Positions 55,964 through 64,000 of a DNA stretch of 64,000 nucleotides are shown here, in pieces. The first letter of the stretch is position 1. Each line of letters opens with the position of its first letter. This DNA comes from Octopus vulgaris (lineage: Eukaryota): NCBI GenBank assembly GCA_951406725.2, contig OX597824.1, positions 40,238,001 through 40,302,000 of the forward strand, written 5' to 3'. The notes beneath the pieces were generated by a model. It was not told the origin of the DNA and did not search any database. It saw only the letters and a program-made list of their open reading frames with translations. The translations under genes were made by a program, and so were the position numbers.

Positions 55964-56282
55964 CTTTTTGCATGGCACTAGCATGAGTGCATTTTACCTG
56001 GCATCAGCACCCACTAGGTAAAGAGCTCTCAGCTGAGAGAGGGACTGGGAGCATGGCCATAAAGGACATACCTGTATGTATGGATGGCCATGGTTTTACT
56101 TGGTTTAACATGTCTTCTCAAGCCATCTTCTTTCAGAAATTGTGATCTATTAGCTGAGGGCAATGACTAGATATGTATAAATAACATCTTTTAACTATTT
56201 ACTGATCAAAAGATAGTGTTAGAAAAACAGAACTTGAAAGATTTACCCTGTAACAAGTGATCTCAGAAATACAGACACTTAA

Positions 56283-56621
<339 letters not shown>

Positions 56622-58222
56622 TAGACTGGGGCACCACCTTCAGGGATTTTAATCAATCATGTCAACCCCAGTAATTTTTTTAACTAGGGTGGTTTCCATC
56701 CTAGCTCTGCATGATCAGGGCCTACTTGAAACTAAACAGTAACAGCTACTATATATGGTCCTTACAAAGGCCCAGATGAACTAACTCATTATAAATTGTC
56801 TCGACCATAGAAGACTCAGTACTAAAGGCAAAAGACTAGTACTTATTCTGTTAGTCACTACTTACTAAGTTACAGGGACATAAACAAACAACACCAGTTA
56901 TGTGGTGAGTCACATACACATGCATACAGACGTGTATGTGTGTACAATAAGATTCATCACAGTTTCTGTCTGCCAAATTTTCTCACTAGTCATTGGTTGA
57001 CTTTGGGTTATAAAAAAAACACTTCACACAAGATGCTACTCAATGGGACACTTTGCAAAGCAAACTTTTTAACCGCATGGCCAGGCCTGTACCTGAAAAA
57101 TGTGTATAAAACAACCTGTCTAAATACTTCAACTGTTTCTCTGATAACTTTAAATTTGACTATGTGAAGTTTCAATCCACCTAAGAAAATCAAAATAGTC
57201 AGATTGAGGAGTTTCCAATCTCAAAAGGATCAGATGTTAGGTTGTAAGCAATACCACTGTGGTTATTTTATGATAGCTATCAGAAAGATTCATCTTCAAC
57301 AGCAGCATAGTCATTTTACATCTACGTCCCATACTGGCAAGAGGTGAACAGGTTGCCACAATCAAAACCGGGTCCTATTCAGTGTTACTATTACACTTCT
57401 AGGCAAGTTAGAGGATGATATCTCATGCTTATGTTCCATTTATGACTAGTTTTTCAGAACTGAATGCATTTCCTAACACCAACCTCTTTACAGAATGGGC
57501 ACCAATATTAGAGTGCTTGTCATGTTCTTGGTCAGATTTAAACGTCCTCTCAAGCCTACATTGACTATGTTTGTCAATCACTTTATGAAGTGTACTGGAT
57601 ACATTTTATTGTGGCACCAGCACTAGTGAGGTTGCTTTGTCCTCACTACTTTATGATGCCTGTTTCTTTGAAGCAACATGACCAAGATTGTGAATAGGAG
57701 AGGGAGCAGATCAGGATGAGTTGGTGAAGAGCATTAGAGTATGATAGAAATAGTGATTGGGTTGTGAAGGATGTAGAGAAAGGAGTAATAGAAGAGACTA
57801 GTGCTGGGTGGAGTAATGGGAAAGAGACAATAATAGTAGGGAGGGAAGGAAAACAGTAATGGTAGCTACATATTTGTTGGTGAAAGTGAAATCAACTGAT
57901 GCATAATAATAGAAATGGGCAATGGTAAGAGAATGTGAGTAATGGATCTTATTAACAAATGGATCATGTAGAATAAATTATTTTTTTCTTTTCAATATAT
58001 ATAACAAGTGTAAAAGCTATTCAATATTTTTACAGGAATTTTTTCTAGTAAACTATATAATTCAGGTCATAATGTTTTGTAAATTTTAATTTTCTTATAG
58101 CATTTTTCATCTTTTGTTTTTCCTTAAATATTATTATTAGACACACACAATATAAAATTTGGGTTTCTGTTTTTTCTGTTTCAAAGTAACATGCAATATT
58201 ATTTCTTACTGACTCTCTTCAG

Positions 58223-58351
58223 GTCCATGCTGTGGTTGGAGTGCTTTCAGATGATACTGATCCAATGGTTACAGTTATGAAATTAGAAAAGGCCCCACAG
58301 GAAACTTATGCTGATATTGGTGGACTTGATACACAAATCCAAGAAATCAAA
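58223..58351 (+). CDS. PSMC1: PSMC1 exon 6 ([14 protein letters not shown]...QIQEIK)
   Basis: CTTCAG / GTAATT, 129 bp. Confidence 0.96.
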
Positions 58352-58715
58352 GTAATTATGATAATATTTTTGAGGATTCAAACACAAACAACATGTTGGT
58401 TTCAAATCGTGATACAAGGCCAGCAATTTTGGAGGAGGGGGCAAGTCAATTACATCAACCCCAGTCCTCAACTGGTACTTAATTTATCAACCTTGAAAGG
58501 ATGAAAGGCAAAATCATTCTTGGCAGAATTTGAACTCTGAACGTAAAGACAGATGAAATGCCACTAAGCATTCTTCCCAGTGTGCTAACAATTCTGTCAA
58601 CTTAGACAGATGACCTATTTACATCACCATCATAATTCAAGGGTCTATGGTTGCTTTTTCATTGTGTATGGAGTTGGAACTTTTCCTTGGAATGAGGCAA
58701 TTTTATTTATATTTC

Positions 58716-59187
58716 TTAACCCTTTTATTATCATATTTCTTATATCTTTATTGCCTACAAGGGGCTAAACACAGAGGGGACAAACAAGGACAGACAAAGT
58801 GAGTAAGTTGATTACATTGACTCCAGTGCATAACTGGTACTTAATTTATCGACCCCGAAAGGATGAAAGGCAAAGTCAACCTTGGCGGAATTTGAACTCA
58901 GAACATAACGGCAGAAGGAATGCCGCTAAGCATTTCGCCCGGCATGCTAACGTTTCTGCCAGCTCACCGCCCTGTATCATATTTCTATTGAAATACACTG
59001 CCTTTGTTGAAATTAATTTTGAAAATAATGAAGAACTTAGTAAAATAACTATCATTATTAAGTTGGTGTTTCAAATATAAACTAAAATGGAATTTTGATG
59101 GGAAGCTTTAATTTAACTCACTTTAACAGAGAGTTTGTATCTTAGAACCAGAAATGACCTTAGATTGGATGATATCAAAGAGGTTAA
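58716..59187. mobile_element. piggyBac-like MITE interrupted by a SINE A (58741-58974, -)
   Basis: TTAA-CCCTTT...AAAGAGG-TTAA. SINE flanked by TATCATATTTCT at 58729-58740 and 58975-58986. Confidence 0.7.
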
Positions 59188-59850
59188 AATGGCTTTGTGT
59201 TTAAAATTAGACAATTTCTTTCTTGCCTAAAATGGTGTGAGGGTGTGTCTACTATTATAGGATGTGTATGCTTTATTGCAAGGAATCAGGGCAAGTGGTA
59301 AGCTCTTGTTGAACCAGTGTCTCAAGCTGTGTCAGTCCTTGATTGAATTTCTTACACTTTCTTCTCATTGCTGTACCCTTTTTCAAGGCATGAATGTCAC
59401 AGAACCTCAGTCTTTTCACTGGAAAAATTTATGGCTTTGTGCTGCAATAAGTGATCAATATTGCTTATGATTGAAGAATATGTAGTGGTATTCTGTTATA
59501 CACTCTTTTACATATGATTTGCTAATAAAAAAATTATCAGAATGTTTCATTTTTACACAAGTTAAAAAAATGTGACATGTTTGATTGTGTATCTGTTTCA
59601 GTGGTATAATGTAATTAAGTTGTATCACATCAGCTTCTAACAGAACTTTTACTATTGTTAGAAGTTTACTGATCTAATTGATAATATTTCTGCAGCAAAT
59701 AGACAAGAATAGATTGACCTAATAACTTGTCTGTTAACACAGTCTCTAACTTTGTTAGATTTGAATTCTAGCTTTCATGGGGCTTGTTGCAAGGCCCTGC
59801 ATTCTCTCTCTCTCTCTCATATTTTTTAATTATTATTTCATTCTCTCCAG

Positions 59851-59947
59851 GAATCTGTGGAGTTACCATTAACACATCCTGAATATTATGAAGATATGGG
59901 AATTAAACCTCCAAAAGGTGTCATTCTTTATGGAGCTCCAGGAACAG
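59851..59947 (+). CDS. PSMC1: PSMC1 exon 7 ([32 protein letters not shown])
   Basis: CTCCAG / GTATGT, 97 bp. First half of Walker A. Confidence 0.96.
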
Positions 59948-60333
59948 GTATGTATCTAACATGAACTATTATTAATGTCTTTGTATTAACTGTTTTCTTC
60001 TATTTTCCCACTAATATTATTTCTGCTATCTTTGCTACAACCATAGGAAAATTTACATTATTATCAATGTCCACTCTCTCATGCTTGCATGGGTCACAAT
60101 TTGTTATGGCAAATTTTCTACAGTCGTATGCTTTCCTTCCTACTCCAAGCTCTCGCCCGTTTCCAAGCAAGGTAATATATCCCCAGTGACTCATATATAC
60201 ACACAGCAGGCTTCTTTCAGTTTTCATCTACCAAATCTACTCACAAGGCTTTGGTCAGCCCTGTGAAGACAATTGCCCAAGATGCCACACAGTAAGGCTG
60301 CACCTAAATTCACATGGTTGCAAAGTGAATGTT

Positions 60334-60551
60334 TTAACCCTTAAGTATTTAAACCAGCTGTGTCCAGCCCAAATATTCTATCTGTACTATGTTCAAATCA
60401 GTCAGATCTGGCCTCTCACACCTGTTCTACAATGTCATGCAAAAATAAACACATTGACATTTCAAATCTACAATATAATGAATGGTTAATTGTAAACAAT
60501 GAATAAATAAGCATTGCGTTTGACAGATTAATCTGAATGCTAAAGGGTTAA
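60334..60551. mobile_element. piggyBac-like MITE
   Basis: TTAA-CCCTT...AAGGG-TTAA. Homologous copies at ~51280-51502 and 63191-63419. Confidence 0.75.
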
Positions 60552-60638
60552 CCACAAAGTCATGCCTTGGATTAATTTTAAAATAGAAAATCGTTTTTAT
60601 TCTTGTTAACATATAATACTTCCTCCTTTTGGCACTAG

Positions 60639-60818
<180 letters not shown>

Positions 60819-61835
60819 TAAATTTTTTTAATTAGAGAACATTTAAGATTTTTGTATTCCTTATTGATAAACAGACACACACACACACACTCATGTGTAT
60901 ACATGATGATTTCAACAGTATTGTGCCTTCTAATTAGCTCACTGTGTCAAATTTACAGTTATTAACAACTGGAGAACCAGTTGACCAACTTTTTCACAAG
61001 TTTTCAAATGTCACATGTACTCTGATAAAGTATTCAAGCTGATATGTATACTTGACTCTGAAGTGGTGTTCAAGCAGCATTATTTCCTTCCTGTGTGTAA
61101 ACTGTGTAGAAGTTCTATTTACCAAATAAATATGTCCGAGAAAAATTTCCTGCTTCATAACAATAAATATAGAGTATTTTGATGGTATATAAGACAGTTT
61201 TTTTGTCAAAAAATTTCTCAAAATATCATCCTGGGTCTATAGTACATGCTTTAATGCACTAAAAACTCCCCCCCCCCTAAATATGCACTGTTGAAATTGG
61301 AATGTGTCTAATGTGCCCATGCATCTTTTAATACCTTCGAAGAGAGTAATTATCATCTTTTAAAGGGAGATAATAACCAGGAAATACAATCAGTCGTGTT
61401 ATGAATGGTTTTGTATCACATCAGTTGTGTATTTACACATACACACAAAATTGAATTAACAAGATGCAACTTATTCTATAAACACCATCTCCTTTATCCT
61501 CGTGATTGCCAGAACAATACACCCTCGTGGAGTGTTGTTCATATTTTCATACAAAAAAAAAAGCACTAATCATCATCATCATTTAACATCTGTTATGTAT
61601 TTCTGGTTTAAACCCCACTTAAACACAAGGATAACTGGTTTGTATTGGGTATTACATGAAGTGGCTTGTAAATATAGGCATTGGCCATATATGTTGGTAT
61701 ACTATGGTAACCAGTTCACATAGGTGCCATGGCTGATTGGGAGTCATCAAGGAAGATTTCCATTTGATCACTGGACCAAATATCTGCAAACTCTACACTG
61801 ATGCATGTGGATCTAATATGGCCATCAATGACAGA

Positions 61836-62318
61836 CATCATCATCATCATCATTTAGCGTCCGTTTTCCATGCTAGCATGGGTTGGACGGTTCAACTGAG
61901 GTCTGTGAAGCCAGAAGGCTGCATCAGGCCCAGTCTGATCTGGCAGTGTTTCTACGGCTGGATGCCCTTCCTGACGCCAACCACTCCGCGAGTGTAGTGA
62001 GTGCTTTTTACGTGCCACCCACACAGGCGCCAGACGGTGCTGGCAAACGGCCACGAACGGATGGTGCTTTTACGTGCCACCGGCACGGGGGCCAGGCGAG
62101 GCTAGCAACGGACACGAACAGATGGTGCTTTTATGTGCCACCGGCACAGAGGCCAGTCGGGGCGGCGCTGGCAACGGCCATGAACGGATGGTGCTTTTTA
62201 CGTGCCACCGGCACGGGGGCCAGGCGAGGCTGGCAACAGCCATGAACGGATGGTGATTTTATGTGCCACCGGCACGGGGGCCAGGCGAAGCTGGCAACGG
62301 ACACGAACGGATGGTGCG
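61836..62318 (-). mobile_element. RTE 3' UTR copy with 61-66-bp tandem repeats
   Basis: Matches 49523-49900. GGATGGTG motif recurs at 62059, 62120, 62186, 62248 and 62309. Confidence 0.8.
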
Positions 62319-62464
62319 AGGTACAGTTTTGCTTGAAGTGGCCACCTAAGCCTGCAGGATAAATGTCAATGAAGGAACAAGTCGAATGAAATAACTTGGT
62401 GAAATTTTTGAAGTTTTATCCTATCAGTTATTATGCTTTTCTTTGTTTTCTTCTTTCCTTCTAG

Positions 62465-62566
<102 letters not shown>

Positions 62567-63127
62567 TAGGTCATTTCATTGCAGAGTGGAAAGAATCATT
62601 TCTGGTTAACATTCTGTCATATATATGCATGCACATCCATAGTTTTATAAGTTTAAGATTTCATTCATATTGTGGAAACTTTTGTCTGCTGCAAAGTTCT
62701 TAGTTGGAATGATTGCATGATTGCAAACACACTCTTCGCATCAACAATTTGGAAATATGTATATTAAAGCTGGGTATCCTAAATATTATCAACTAGCTGT
62801 GATTGTTCCATTTTTATTGTGAGCTTGTGATTCCTATTTTAAACAGCACTAAAATAAAAGTTGGTTGTTCAAGATTTAGTTGCTATATTGAGGAACAGGT
62901 TTAGCAATGAGATAGCGGTTGTCCCTAGCTTTGTATCGTGTGCTCTTGGACAAGAAGTATTTGTTCTCTTTCCTTCAGAGTAAAGTCAAACCAAGAGAGT
63001 TCAAGAACCAATTTGCAGTATTCCACAGGAAGTGGGTAGAATAGACTAAATTCATTTTTTTTTTTCAATTCCTTTCTCCTCTTAGTATTCTACTGGCTTC
63101 ACTAGAACAGTACTGACCAACAGATTA

Positions 63128-63580
63128 TTAACCTTTTTGATACCAACCTGCCTGAGACCGCCCCAGGTTCTACAACATAAATTTATTGTTTTAACCCTTA
63201 TGCATTTAAACTGGCCATATCCAGCCCAAAATATTCTACCTGTCTTATGTTAAAACTGGCCACATCTAACCTTTCACACCTACCTAACAATGTCATTCAA
63301 AATATAAACAATCACATCATTGAAATCTTGAAGCTACAAAATAATGCATGATTAATTCAAAATAATGTGAATAAATATGCTTTACATTTGACAGAATAAT
63401 ATGAATGCTAAAGAGCTAAAGTAGTGTAAATTATAATCTTCCATCATAATTTCATGCTAAATTGTTCCAGACCCCAGCTTAATAATGAGAAAGTTATTTT
63501 ACTAAATTCTTCATTATTTAAAAATTTAATCGAAACAAAGACAGCATATGTGGACAGAAATATGGTAACAAACAGGTTAA
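63128..63580. mobile_element. piggyBac-like MITE containing a second nested MITE (63191-63419)
   Basis: Outer TTAA-CCT...AGG-TTAA. Inner element starts at an internal TTAA and matches 60334-60551. Confidence 0.65.
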
Positions 63581-64000
63581 TATAACACAATAGATAGTAA
63601 AAAAAGCGTAAATAGACATTGTACTGTTACTGTAGTTGCTTGTGGGAACATCATCGTTTAAAGTCCATCTTCCATGCTGAACTTGAATTAAACAGTTCAG
63701 CTGGATCTGACAAGAAAGAGGACTGCATTGTTGTCCTCTGTATGCTCTCTACAGTTGGCTGCTTTTTCTAATGCCAACCTGTCAACAGAGTATACTGGGT
63801 ACTTTTTTTTTTTTTTTTGGTGCATATAATGTAAAAGATGTTGCAAGTGCTAGAACATAAGATGTCTCCATTCACATTTTTTTTCTTTTTTAATAAAATA
63901 CCATCTTCAAAATATTTAAACATTAACATATATTAAAATCCATACAGTACACTAGATAGTGTTTTGTTAGTTTACAGTATTATGTTCAAAATACTCCCAT

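Noticed and set aside
62040-62318. CRISPR-like repeat array
   Set aside because: Eukaryotic context, no unique spacers, no cas genes. It is an RTE 3' UTR minisatellite

Overview
AT-rich, microsatellite-dense animal genomic DNA. The repeat families suggest a coleoid cephalopod, probably Octopus (inference). The only clear host gene is the 5' two-thirds of PSMC1/Rpt2 (26S proteasome AAA-ATPase subunit 4): nine + strand coding exons from an ATG-only exon at 45684 to 62565, continuing past the window. Its promoter carries an ARE (Nrf1/CncC-type) and an ETS motif. The rest is mobile-element debris: three R4/Dong-type LINEs abutting (TAA)n, Tx1/L1, CR1 and RTE LINE fragments, Helitron and Tc1/mariner relics, MITEs, a probable solo LTR and at least three tRNA-derived SINE families. 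The most unusual signal is three type I hammerhead-ribozyme folds in the first 11.4 kb. Two of them lie downstream of related tRNA-like Pol III heads, suggesting a SINE/retrozyme-like self-cleaving element family. Also notable are a ~550-bp (TAA)n-embedded non-coding element and two SINE-LINE shared-tail pairs. All calls were made by eye, no search was run, and repeat boundaries are approximate.
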